Shown here: in pieces, positions 38,743-50,921 of the stretch
Layout: each line of letters begins with the position of its first letter
Numbering within the stretch: position 1 is the stretch's first letter
Assembly: GCF_051105105.1 (NCBI RefSeq)
Contig: NZ_CP185339.1
DNA: 64,000 nucleotides
Origin: Nannocystis pusilla
Lineage (GTDB): Bacteria; Myxococcota_A; Polyangia; Nannocystales; Nannocystaceae
Reading direction: 5' to 3' (one strand)
The notes under the pieces: generated by a model
The model's database searches: none
What the model saw: only the letters and a program-made list of their open reading frames with translations
Told to the model about the DNA's origin: nothing
Made by a program: the position numbers and the translations under genes

Positions 38743-41700
38743 ATGCCCGAAACCGCCGTCGCGCCCAAGCGCCAGCCCTCGCCTCACGACCTGCCTTGCC
38801 CGCTGCCGCCCGTGGCTCCTGGAGAGCCGCCCGAGCTCGGGGCATTTCGCGCCAAGCCCAGCGACGACGCCTTCTTGAAGCTGCGCCGGGCCTTCCGCGA
38901 GGCCGAGAATTGGAGCGCCCTCGCCACCTTGCTCGTCGTGCACGCTGCGGCGATCAGCGGCCCGCCGAAGGTCGCCGAGCTGTGCGTCCAGGCCTACGAG
39001 CTCTGGTACGACCGCGTCAAGGACAAGTCCCAGGCCGCCTACGCCCTCGTGCGCGCCCTCCAGGCCGAGCCGCACAACAGCCGCGCCTTCGAGCAGCTGC
39101 GCAAGGTCTACGGCGAGCTCGGCAGCCTCGACGAGCTCGCCACCCTGCTCAAGTTCCGCCTCGATCACCTGCGGCGGCACGATCGGGGGGCGGTCCCCGG
39201 CGCGCTCGTCGAGCTCGGCAAGGTCGACGAGCAGCGCTGTCAGGTCGACGAGGCCATCGCTTGCTACAGGGCCGCGCTCGAGATCAACCCGCAGGAGCGC
39301 GACGCCAGCGATCAGCTCATCCGCCTCCATCTCCAGGCCGGCGCCTGGCTGCGCGTCATCGATCTGATCAACGCCGAGCTCGCGCGCACCGACAACGTCC
39401 GCGAGCGCGACCGCTTCGCCGCCCTCCACCTCCGCCTCGCGCGGATCGAGGCCGAGCAGCTCGAGAACATCCCCTCCGCCGCGCTCCACCTGCAGGCCGC
39501 GCTCAAGGCCAACCCTGACGACGTCGCCGCCCTGCGGGCCTTCGGCGCCCTCTACCTCGGCAGCGGCAAGGCCAGCGACGAGGGCCTGCAAAAGGCCGCC
39601 GACGTGTTCTTCCGCGCCGCCAAGCTGGCGCGCAGCCAGGGCGACGACAAGATCGCCTACAGCCTGCTGCGCCGGGCCATGAGCCTGCGCCCCGACCATC
39701 ACGAGGCCGGCAACGCCCTGGCCGAGCTGTTGATGGCGCAAGAGAAGTGGATGGAGCTCGACGACCTCTACGGGGCGTGGATCGGCTACGTCACCGAGGC
39801 CGACAGCTACGGCCTGTGGCTGTCGCGCGGCGAGCTGCTCGAGACCCGCCTCGCCCGCCGCGAGGAGGCCCGCGCCTGCTACGAGCAGGCCTCGCGGCTC
39901 GAGCGGCCCGGCGGCGACGCCTGGCTGCGCCTCGAGGCCCTGCTCGTCGAGCTCGGCGACAACCACGGCCTCGTCAGCCTGTACGAGCGCTGGTCCGAGC
40001 AGGACCCCGGCGGTCTGCCGACCGACAAGCTGCTGTGGGCCGCCCGCGTCGCCCGCGAGGACCTCGGCGACGAGGAGCGGGCCGCCGTCAGCTTCTACCG
40101 CGTGCTCGAGCGCGAGCCCTTCGACCACGAGGCCTTCGAGGGCTACAAGGAGCACTGGCGGCGCAAGAACAACTGGTCGCACCTGGCCGGCCTCATCCTC
40201 TACCAGGTCGACCAGGCGCTGCAGATGGGCGGCGGCCCGGACAGCCCGCTGGCCCGCTCCGAGTTCGCCGAGCACTTCGTCGAGCTGGCCGAGATCTACG
40301 AGCGCCGCCTCGGCGACCTCGCCGGGGCCCTCGACGCCTGGAACCGGCTCGCCCTCGCCTACCCCAACGACTGGCGCCCGCGCGACCAGATCGCCCGCAT
40401 CGACAAGCGCGCGCGCATGCTCGACGCCAACCTCGCCACCCTCGAGGCCGAGCTGCAGCGCACCGTCGATCCGCAGCGCCGCTTCGAGGTGCTGCGCCGG
40501 CTGTCGCAGGCCCACCGCGAGCGCATGACCGACCCGCAGCGCACCATCGTCCTGCTGCAGGAGATGCTGGCGCTCGCGCCCGGCCACGAGGGGGCCCTGC
40601 GCGCGCTCGCCGAGATGTACGAACGAACAGGCGCTTACGACCAGGTCATCGACCTGCTGCGGCGCCAGCACGACGTCACCCGCAGCATCTCGCAGCGCGT
40701 CGTCCTGCTGCGGCGCATGGCCGAGCTGTGGCAGCACGAGCTGCACAGCCCGCGCGAGGCGCTGTGGGCCTGCGAGCAGATCCTCGGCTACAGCCCGTCC
40801 GACATGGACGCCGTCCACCGCATGCAGGGCCTGTGCGCCGAGGCTCGGCGACGCCGGCGGCGAGTACGAGGCGCTGTCGCGCGAGCTCGGCCTCGTCGGC
40901 GACCCGGCGCAGCGCACCCGCATCATCCGGCGCATGGCCGACGTCGCCGACCGCAAGCTGCAGGACCCGCAGCGCTCGGCCCAGGCGTGGACGCAGCTGC
41001 AGGCCGGCGACCCGCACAACCTCGAGGTCACCGACAAGCTCATCGCCGCCTACGAGGCGCTCGGCAACCGCGAGGAGCTCGCCAACCTGCTCGGCAAGGC
41101 CGCCAGCTCGGCCCGCACCCCGCCGATCCGCCAGCTCGACTACCTCATGCGCCTGGGCCACGTCGCCGAGTCCTCGCTCGGCGACGCCGACCTGGCCTGC
41201 TCGGCCTTCGAGCGCGCGCTGCGGATCCACCGCGACCACCGCGGCGCCACCGAGGCGCTGACCCGCCTCTACCGCAACCTCGGCAGCTGGCACGGCCTGG
41301 CCGCCTCGCTCGGCACCCTGCAGGAGATGGCCGACAGCGACGAGGAGGCGCTCGGCATCGGCTGGGAGCGCGCCGAGGTCCTCGCCGACAGGCTCGACAA
41401 CCCGGCCGCCGCCATCCGCGTGCTCGAGCAGCTCAGCTCGAACGCCGCCGTCGGCAACCGCGACGTCGCCCTCAAGCTGCTCGAGCTGTACGAGCGGGCC
41501 GGTCAGTTCGACCGCCTGATCCGCCACGCCGAGATCCTCCTGCTCTCGGCGCTCGAGACCGACGAGCGCCGCGAGCTGTTCTCGCTGATCGCCCGCACCT
41601 ACGTCGTCAGCCTCAACGCCCCGCACAAGGCCATCGCCGCCTTCCAGCGGTTCATGCGCGAGGAGCCCGACGACGGCGAGGGCCTCAAGATCCTCGGCGA

Positions 41701-44700
41701 GCTGCAGGCCCTGGCCGGCGATCATCAGGCCACCCTCGACACGCTCGGCAAGCGCCTCGAGAGCCTCACCGACGCCGCCCAGCAGGTCGTCACCCTCGAG
41801 CAGATGGCCGAGGTGTGCGAGTTCGGGCTCGGTCACGCCAAGCGGGCGCTCGCGCTGCTCGGGCGGGCCCTCGGCATCGCCCCCGGCAGCCGCGACCTCA
41901 AGCAGAAGATCGAGGCGTTCGCCGAGCGCCACGGCATGTACAAGGACCTGCTCGTCGTCTACGGCGAGCGCTTCACCGAGATGAGCGGCCGCGCCGAGAG
42001 CCGCGGCCAGATCGACCTGTGCCTCGGCGCCTCGGCCACCGCCGAGAAGAAGATCGGCGACCCCGACCTCGCCTTCGCCTGGGCGCGCAAGGCCTACTTC
42101 GTGGCCCTGCGCGCCGGCCTCGACGCCGGCCCGGTCCAGAGTCGCCTCGAGGGCCTGGCCCAGGCCCACGGCCTGTGGCCGCAGATGCTCGACGTAAGCG
42201 AGCAGGAGCTGGCCTTCCAGGAGAAGACCCCCAACTACGGCGACTACGGCACCATCGCCCTGCTGATGTCGGCCGCCGAGATCGCCCGCGAGCGCCTCGG
42301 CGACCCCGCGCGCGCGATCGGCTACCTGCAGCGCGCCTACAAGCTGCGCCCCGACGACGACGACCTCGGGCGCCAGATCGAGGCCCTCGGCGAGGCCCAC
42401 CAGATGTGGCAGGCGCTGATCGACCTGCAGGAGCTCAGGCTCGGCCGCGCCAAGACCGGCCTCGGCCGCTTCGACGCCTGCGTCGCCATCGCCAAGGTCT
42501 ACGAGCGCCACCTCAGCGACCCCAGGCGCGCCTTCCAGTGGCTGCGCCGGGCCGAGACCGACCTGCGCCCGGCCGATCCGTCGCTGGCCGAGGAGGCCGC
42601 CGGCCTGATGACCGAGCTGGCCCAGCGCCACCAGCTCTGGCCCGAGCTCGCCGACCACCACCGCGGCCTCGCCCTCGCCAAGCTGCAACGCAACGAGCGC
42701 GGCGGCCTCAATCAGCTCAAGGACTCGGCGCGCATCGACTACGAGAAGCGCCAGGACCCGCTCGCGGCCCTGCGCACCCTCCGGCTCGGCGTCGCCTACG
42801 ACCGCGACGGCACCGCGCTGATGCCCGCGATCGAGGCGATGGCCGCCAAGGTCGACGAGAAGCGCAGCCCCGACACCCCGCCGACCGGCGCGCTCACCCT
42901 GCTGTCCGTCACCCAGCAGATCATCGGCCAGACCGTCGACCCCGCGCTCAAGCTGTCGCTGCTCAAGCGCCGCGCCGAGCTGCGCGCCGGCCTCGGCGAC
43001 ACCGCCGGCGCCATCGCCGAGTGGCTGCGCGCCCTCTCGCTCCACCCCGGCAGCGAGGAGGCCCGGTTCGAGCTCGACCGCCTGGCCGAGCGCGACAACC
43101 TGTGGCACCTGCTCCTCCTCGCGCCCGCCAGCGAGCTGGCCTTCGGGACAGGCAAGGCCCAGCAGGGCAAGCTCCTGACCCAGATCGCCGAGCTCTACGA
43201 GAACTGCCTCGGCCGGCCCGAGTACGCGCTCAGGGCCCGGATCGCCGCCTGGAAGCTGCAGGGCGACCTGCCCCCCGAGACAGGTGAGCCTCGGGCCCGT
43301 CCACAGCAAGATGTGGCACCTCGCCGGCCTGACCGGCACCTACACCGCCCCGCCGCCGGCCCGCGACCCGCTGCTGTGGCCGCAGATCGTCCCGCCCGAG
43401 CTGGCCGACCGCGACCAGTGGCGCAAGCTCGGCCTCGACCCCGACACGCTGGCCCCGCGCATGCCCGTCAAGCCGCGCGCCAAGAAAGAGGAGTCGAGCG
43501 TGATGGAGCTCGACGACCTCGAGGAGGTGTCGCGCCCGACCGCCGAGATCGAGCTGTCCGAGCCTCGAGCCGCTCGAGGAGCTGCGGCGCGGCGGCGGCA
43601 AGGAGGTCGTCGCCCGCCCGGGCAAGACGGTCCGCAGCGAGACGCACACCAACATCGTCGACCTCGCCGACCTCGAGCCCGTCGAGCTGTCGGCCACCGC
43701 GGTCAAGATCCGCGCCCCGCGGCCGGCCCGCGGCGAGACCGACATCGTCGACATCGCCGAGCTCGAGCCCGTCGAGGCGTCCGGCTCCGTCAGCGTGCGC
43801 GCGGCCGGACTGCCGCGCCAGGAGTCCGGCGTGTTCGACCTCGCCGACCTCGAGCCGATCGAGGACAGCCTGGTCGGCCCGGCGCCGAGGCGCCCGAGCG
43901 CCGAGGTCTCCGGCGTGCTCGACCTCGACGAGATGCTCGAGCTCGACGACGACGCCCCGCGCCCGGTGTCGCACAAGCGCTCGCTGCCGCGGCCGGCCGC
44001 CAAGCCGCGGGGGCCGACCCCGCCGCGCCCGCCGGGCGGCAAGCCGGTCGCCAAGGCCCCGCCGCCGGCCCGCCGCCCCGCCGCCCCGCCGCCGCCCTCG
44101 CGCCCGCCCGAGCCTGTCCCCGCGGCCAGCTTGCCGCCGCCGCCCCCGGTCGCCAGCCGCGAGCTGATCGACGCCGTCACCGCCGGCCTGCCGGCCTTGC
44201 CCGAGCTCGACGCCCCGGTCCTGCCCGGCCGCCCGTCCGCCAGCTCCGCCTGGCACGAGCTGGCCCACGCCTACGCCTCGGTGGTCCCCGCCAGCAAGTC
44301 CGAGCGCGCCGGCCTGCAGCGCCTGCTCGCCCGCCTGTGGGACGAGGGCGCCGGCATGCCCGAGGCCGCTCTCGAGCGCTACGAGGAGGCCCTCGCGCTG
44401 GTGCCCGACGACGCGGTCGCCCTCTCGGGCCTCGTCCACATGTCCGAAAGGACAGCCGACCCCGAGCGCCTGATCGCCGCGCTGTCGCGCCTGCTGTCCG
44501 ACCTCACCCTGCCCGAGCACATCGTCGCCTATCACCTGCGCCTCGCTAACCTGTACGAACAGACAGGTCAGCCCGAGCGCGCCGAGGAGCAGTACCGCGG
44601 CGTGCTCGCCGTCTCGCCGAAGCACCTCGGCGCGCTGCGCAGCCTGGCCGCGCTGCACGCCAAGACCGGCCGCGAGCGCGAGGCCGCCGAGGCCTCGGCG

Positions 44701-47700
44701 CGCCTCTACGACGTTGAGGCCGACGGCCTCCCGCTGGACGAGCGGATCCCCCGCGTCCTGCAGCTCGCGCGCGACCTCGCCTACCGCGCCGACCGCTCGC
44801 TCGAGGCCATCCGCCGCCTCGAGGCGCTGGTCAAGGAGACCCCCGAGACCGCCGACGTCCACGCCGAGCTGATCGAGATCCTCCAGCGCGAGGGCCTGTG
44901 GGTCCGCGCCGTCGAGGCCCTGCGCGCCGCCGCCGAGGTCGTGCCCAACCCCGACGCGCGCGTGCGCTGCCTGGCTCGCGCCGCCACCCTCACCGAGGAG
45001 CGCCTCGGCCAGCCGGAGGCCGCGATCGCCGGCTGGTCCGAGGTCCTCGACCACAACCCCGGCGACCCCGACGCTTCGGTGCGCCTGCAGAGCCTCTACC
45101 TGCGCACCGAGCAGTACGCGAAGCTGCTGCCGATCCTCGACCGCCGCCTGGCCCAGGTCGCGCCCGGCGACCGCGACGCCCGCATCGCCCTCCTCGTCGT
45201 CAAGGCCCGCGCCCTGCAAGAGGGCCAGGGCGACGAGGCCGCCGCCCTCGAGACCCTCGAGACCCTCGCCGCCGAGGCCCCCGAGAACGACGACGTCGTG
45301 CTCGGCCTGTCCCGCCTCTACCGCAAGGGCGGGCGCATGGACGACGGCGTCGAGATGCTGCGCCGGCGCCTGGCCGAGATCGTCAGCGACATGGAGGTCC
45401 GCAGCGAGCCGCTCGACGAGGAGCCGCTGCCGTTCGACATCCCCGAGCCGGTCTCGCCGGCGCTGGCGGCCCGCCGCGTGCGCATCGCCGAGGCCCTGGC
45501 GACCGCCCTGGCCGAAGAAGCAGGTGACCCCCGCGGCGCGCTCGAGACCCTCGACGAGGCCCTCGCCGCCGCCCCGCCCGACGCCGCGCTCGGCCTGCAG
45601 CAGCGCCGCGTCGCCCTCGCGCGGACCCTGGGCGACGACCGGGCCCTCACCGTCAGCCTCGCCGCCGTCGGCGAGCCCGACGGCATCCTCGAGGCCGCCG
45701 CGATCGCCCGCGACCGCCTTCACGAGCCCGAGCTGGCCGCCCAGCTGTTCACCCGCGTCCTCGCCGAGCTGGCCCCGGGCGCCCCGCAGCGCAGCCGCCG
45801 GCTGTCGCAGGCGATCGAGGGCCTGGTCGGCCTGCGCCTGGCCGCCGGCGACCTCGACGGCGCCGACGCCCTGCTCGACGCCCAGCTGGCCCAGATCGAC
45901 GACCCCGAGATCCGGGCCCGGATCCTCACCGAGAGCGGCCGCGCCCTGCTGCGCGGCGGCCAGGAGCTCGCGCGCGCCCGCCAGCGCTTCGAGGCCGCCC
46001 TCGCCGCCGACCCCGACTACGCGCCCGCGCGCCTGGCCCTCGGCGCGGCCCTCATCGACGCCGGCCTCCACGCCGAGGCCGAGGCCATCCTCGAGGCCGC
46101 GGTCGAGGCGTTCGGCCTCACCCGCGACCAGCCGCGCCTGGTCGAGGGCCTCTTGATGCTGGCGCACCTGTTCGAACAGACCGACCGCGCCAACGAGGCC
46201 TACCGCCGCCTCTCGATGGCCCTGCGCCACGTCCCCGACGACCTCGAGATCCGCGCCGCCATGGCCCACAACCGCGCCGCCGCCGGCCGCCACCGCGACG
46301 CCGTCGCCGCCCTCGAGCCGGTCGAGCAGCGCCTCGCCGCCGGCACCCCGGTCCCGCCCGAGCGCGCTTCCGTGGTCGCCGACCTGCTGATCCTCGCCGC
46401 CGAGTGCGACGCCAAGCAGAACGCCCCCGCCGAGCGCCTCGCCGCCCGCTACGCCCGCGCCCTCGAGCTGGCCCCGCGCCACCGCAAGGCCCGCGCGGCG
46501 CTGGCCCAGCTGGCCCAAGAGTCGGGTAGATTGGTGGATGCGGCCGAGCACACCTTGGCCCTCGCCGACCTCGAGCAGGACCCCGAGGCCCGCGGCCGGG
46601 CCCTGCTCGCCGCCGGCATGCTGTTCCACGAGGCCGCCGGCGCCGCGGCCGAGACCGGCGAGGAGACCGTCGTCAGCGCCTCCGCGCAGAAGATCCTCGG
46701 CGCCGCCTTCGACGCCGTCCAGGCCGGCCTCGCCCTGATCCAGCACATCCCGCACCCGGTCCTCGACCGCCGCCAGCTCGAGGCCGCTTTCTGGACCGCC
46801 GTCTCGCGCAACGCCGGCATCGCCCTCGGCTGCCTCGACCGCCTGCTGCACCACCCCGACCTGCGCGACGCCAAGCGGGCCGGCTTCCTGCTCGAGGGCG
46901 TCAAGATCGCCCTCCAGCGCGGCGAACCCGGCGACCCCGAGCGCGCGCTCGGCTACGCCCGCGCCGCCGTCGAGCTGCGGCCCGACGCCGCCGCCCCGAT
47001 CCACGGCCTCGTCGACGCCCTGCGGGCCTGTGGCGCCGCCCGCGAGATCGAGCCGGCGGTGCGCGCCTACCTGGCGCGCGACAGCGTCCAGAAGCCGCCT
47101 GGTGACCTGAGCGAGGCCCGCGACCGCCAGCGCCTGCTGGTCCGCCTGGCCGACCTCGTGGTCCAGGCCGAGCCCCCACCTGACCCGAAGGACAGCCGAC
47201 CCGCGCAGGCGATCCGGCTGCTCGAGCGGGCCGCCGAGCTCGACCCGACCGGCCTCGGCCTGGCCCCGCGGCGCCAGCTCGCCAGGCTCTACGCCGACGA
47301 GAAGATCCAGGGCCCGCAGGTGCGCAGCAACTCCGACGCCCTGCTCCACCTCGACCCGCTCGACGAGGCCAGCCTGGCCGCGCTCGCCCGTCACTGCGCC
47401 GAGAACGGCGAGGAGGGCCGCGCCCACGCCATCCACCAGCTGCTGCGGATCGTCAGCCCCGGCCACGCCGAGGCCGGCGCCTTCCTCACCAGCCACGAGC
47501 TGCTGTCGGTGCGCAGCGGCAAGCTCGACCCCACCAGCGTCATCGACCCGGCCCCCGCCGACGCCGGCGTCGTCCCGGCCCTCACCGCCCTGTGGGAGGG
47601 CGCCGCCGAGCTGCTCGCGGAGGAGCTGCCGCGCCCGCAGTTCAGCGAGGCCGCCTGGATCGAGGCCGAGACCGACAAGGACACCCTCCTGTGGAAGGTC

Positions 47701-48366
47701 TGGACCGAGCTCGGCACGCAGATGCCGGCCCAGAGCGTGCGCCTCGCCGACGTCGAGCTGCTCCCCGACATGCGCGTCGAGGGCGGCTGGACCAGCGTCT
47801 CGTGCGTGCACCCGCCGGTGATCCTCGTCGGCCCGGCCGCCCGCGCCGAGACCACCGCCCCGCGGCTGCGCTTCGCCCTCGGGCGCGCGCTGTTCTTCAC
47901 CCGCCCCGCCGCGATCCTCGTCGCCGGCCTGCCGAAGCCGCTGTTCGCCGGCGTCCTCGCGGCCGCGCTCCAGGCGTTCCACCCGCGCCACACCCGGCGG
48001 GTGCGCGCCCGCGACGAGGCCGACCTGGCCACGCGGCTCGGCCAGACCCTCGCGCGCAAGCTGCCGATCCGGCTGGCCCGCCAGCTCAGCACCGGCTTCA
48101 AGGAGCGCGAGCAGGAGGGCTTCGACAGCCGCGACTGGCGCGCGTGGGTCCAGCGCTCCGGCGACCGCGTCGGCCTGTGCCTGTCGCGCAACCTCGGCGC
48201 CGCCCTCGACATCCTCGGCCTGCCCCAAGAGCCAGGCGAACGCAGCGCCGCCCTCAAGGCCCGCGCGGCCTCCGACGCCGACCTGCGCGACCTCCTGGTG
48301 TTCGCGGTCAGCCCCGCCTACGTCGCGGCCCGCCGCGCCCTCGGCTTCGAGGTCAAGTCCCGCTGA
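38743..48366 (+). CDS. giant (~3200 aa) helical-repeat (TPR-like) protein, read through at least three frameshifts (~40845, ~43285, ~43560)
   Basis: Contiguous ORF segments 38743..~40860, 40934..~43290, 43284..~43560 and 43795..48366, all with Ala/Leu-rich repeat character. A central acidic region has short repeats 'VDLADLEPVE'/'VDIAELEPVE'/'FDLADLEPIE'. The TPR assignment is by eye, with no HMM run. Confidence 0.5.
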
Positions 48367-48574
48367 CGCGCCCGCCCTGGTCGCCCACGAGGCCGCGAAC
48401 CCGCCCGGGCTCGCGGCCTCTTCGCATTCCCGACGCGCGCCCTCGCAGGCCCGGCCTCGACGTTGCCGCCGCGCGGCCTACGACCTCGACGTCACCGCCC
48501 CTGTCTTTTGATTCAGCTCGCCTCGCCTCGCGCCCCTTGCGGACCCGGCTGAATCGTGGACAAATCCCTCGAAC

Positions 48575-49787
48575 ATGCCCACCGCGCCGCGTCTCCGGAT
48601 CTCGCTGCAACTGAGCGTCACGGCCCTGGCCCTGCAGGCCTGCCTCGACCCCAACGCCAACACCGAGACCGAGTCGACCGCCAGCACCGGCCCCGGCACC
48701 ACCACCAGCGTCGACACCACCGGCGTCTCCGCGACCGACCCGACCACCGGCGAGCCGACCACGAGCGAGCCCGGCACCACCGCCGGGGCCGTGTGCGGCG
48801 ACGGCTTCGTCGACGCCGACGAGCAGTGCGACCTCGGCCCCGACAACGCCGACGACGGCGCCTGCACCAGCGACTGCCGCAACGCCATGTGCGGCGACGG
48901 CCTCGTCAACAAGGACGCCGAGGAGTGCGACCTCGGCCCCGACAACGCCGACGACGGCGCCTGCACCACCGCCTGCCTCCTCCCCAGGTGCGGTGACGGC
49001 GTCCTCAACGGCGGCGAGGTCTGCGACGACGGCATGAACGACGGCACCTACGGCAGCTGCCTCGCCGACTGCAGCGCCGCCGCCCCCGGCTGCGGCGACG
49101 GCCAGGTCGATCCCGACAACGAGGACTGCGAGGACGGCCCCGACTGCCTGCCCACCTGCAAGTACGCCCGCAGCTGCCTCGAGTGGCAGGAGGCCGCTCC
49201 CGAGGCCGTCAGCGGCGTCTTCAGCGTCCGCCGCGAAGGCATCATGGACCCGATCGACGTTCTGGTGCGCCCTCGATCCCGCCGTCGACGGCGGCGGCTA
49301 CACCTTCCTCAAGGTCGACGTCGCCGGCGGCATGAACCAGAGCCCGGCCACCGCCGCCATCGCCGAGGCCGCCTGCGCCGACTGGGGCATGCAGCTGTTC
49401 ATCCCGCGCAGCGCGGCGCACCTCGGCGTCGCCTACGAGGTCGCCACCGGCGACAACCTCGAGCCGGTCGGCGGCGGCACGGTGAAGAGCGGCGCCGATT
49501 ACCTGCAGATCCTGGGGATCTATCCGGTCACCGCGGGCGAGAGCTGCGTCGACGCGCCGCTCAACGGGCTCGACTGTCCCGAGTGGCGCGCCGGCGACGA
49601 CCAGGCGTGGTTCGTCAGCGACGTCGCCGTCGGCAGCGGCGAGCCCGACGAGCTCGGGGCATGCGAGGGCTGCTCGATGCTCTACCAGTGGAACCAGGAC
49701 GGCAGCGTGAAGAGCTACAAGGCCCTGCCCCAGCCGGGCGGCTACAGCTTCCGCTTCCTGTGCGACACGGGCGATAAATTGCCCTGA
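48575..49787 (+). CDS. lipoprotein with Myxococcus-type cysteine-rich repeats (CGDG...ECD.G..N.DDGAC) and a C-terminal globular domain, frameshifted near 49255
   Basis: Lipobox 'LALQAC' and a Thr-rich linker. Three 'CGDG(F/L)V...E.CDLGPDNADDGACT..C' repeats. The C-terminal domain continues in the frame of ORF 49332..49787. Confidence 0.55.
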
Positions 49788-49819
49788 CGCGCGCGGCGGG
49801 TTTATGTCATTTTTTCGCC

Positions 49820-50686
49820 ATGGCTCGCTTACCTCGCAAAATCGCGCTCCTGGCCCTCCTGGGGCTCGCGTCGGCCTGCATCATCGGCGGCGGCAACACC
49901 ACGAACACCTCCGACTCCGACACCGGCGAGTTCGTGTGCGACGACCCCAACTCGTACCTCGAAGGCGAGACCTGCTACTGCAACGACGGCTTCGAGTACT
50001 GCACCGACGACCCGAACGACCTGTCCTGCTGTCCGGTCGAGGACACCACCACGGTCTCGAGCGTCGGCACCACCACCGTCGAGCCGACCTCGACCAGCGA
50101 GCCGACCACCACCACCGGCCCGAGCACCGAGTCGACCACGCTGCCGGAGACCAGCTCGACCACGACCACCACCGAGGCGACCGCGAGCACCGCCGAGACC
50201 ACTGACACCAGCGAGGGCACCACCACCGGCGGCGTCGAGTGTCAGGGCGAGCAGCCGCCGCCCGAGCGCTGCCAGAACGGCCAGTTCTGGTGCACGATGA
50301 CCGAGGCCTGCGGCCCCGAGGGCAGCCAGGTCTACCGCTGCGACGGCGCCACCTGGGTGTTAGAGCCCAACCTCGCCAAGGACAGCTGCAGCTTCGACGG
50401 CTACGACTTCGCCTACGGCTGCGTCGACACCGGCAAGACCGTCGAGTTCATCTGCGGCGACGGCCCCGGCACCCCCTGCGAGAACAGCGACCCCGCCAGC
50501 TGCGAGGACGACACCAACCTCAACACCTGCATCTACGGCAAGCTGTCGCAGTTCGACTGCTTCGTCCAGTGCACCGAGGTCGGCGACGCCATGATGACCC
50601 TGTACGACCACGGCTTCTGCGGCGACGACATGGGCACCTCCGTCTGCCTCTGCTGCGACATGGGCGAGCCCGGCTGCCCCGTCTGA
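49820..50686 (+). CDS. cysteine-rich lipoprotein with a Thr-rich linker (hypothetical)
   Basis: Lipobox 'LGLASAC'. Poly-Thr/Ser/Glu linker and ~20 Cys in two globular parts. Confidence 0.55.
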   Translation: MARLPRKIALLALLGLASACIIGGGNTTNTSDSDTGEFVCDDPNSYLEGETCYCNDGFEYCTDDPNDLSCCPVEDTTTVSSVGTTTVEPTSTSEPTTTTGPSTESTTLPETSSTTTTTEATASTAETTDTSEGTTTGGVECQGEQPPPERCQNGQFWCTMTEACGPEGSQVYRCDGATWVLEPNLAKDSCSFDGYDFAYGCVDTGKTVEFICGDGPGTPCENSDPASCEDDTNLNTCIYGKLSQFDCFVQCTEVGDAMMTLYDHGFCGDDMGTSVCLCCDMGEPGCPV

Positions 50687-50803
50687 CCTGCCCCAAGGGC
50701 CAGGTCCGCCCGCGCGAAAGTCTGCGCGGGCAGGACTTGTCCCATCGACCAACGACCGCGTCCGCGTCAACCGCTCCGCGGCCTGCCCCATCGGCCAGGT
50801 CCC
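50684..50803. repeat. cluster of GACCTGCCCC-N4-GGCCAGGTCC-type elements downstream of the lipoprotein gene
   Basis: GACCTGCCCCAAGGGCCAGGTCC (50684-50708), CAGGACTTGTCCCATCGA (50731-50748), GCCTGCCCCATCGGCCAGGTCCC (50781-50803). Confidence 0.6.
50708..50731 (+). terminator. GC-rich hairpin downstream of the lipoprotein gene (possible intrinsic terminator, no U-tract)
   Basis: GCCCGCGCG-AAAGTCT-CGCGCGGGC perfect 9-bp stem, lying between two palindromic-element copies (50684-50708, 50781-50803). Confidence 0.3.
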
Positions 50804-50921
50804 GCCGGCCGGACGACGCGCCGCGAGCGAGCAGAGCTGGCCTCGCGCGACTCTCAGCGCCCGGATCGCCCGCCTTGCAGCCAGCATCGCGCCGCCGCCC
50901 CGGACCGGCTACCATCGCCGC

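Noticed and set aside
43468-48228. 1586-aa minus-strand ORF, plus 38476..41043, 40676..43339 and 51301..54021 minus-strand ORFs
   Set aside because: All are antisense to plus-strand genes with recognisable domains (TPR-like protein, cysteine-repeat lipoprotein). Their translations are low-complexity GC artefacts.
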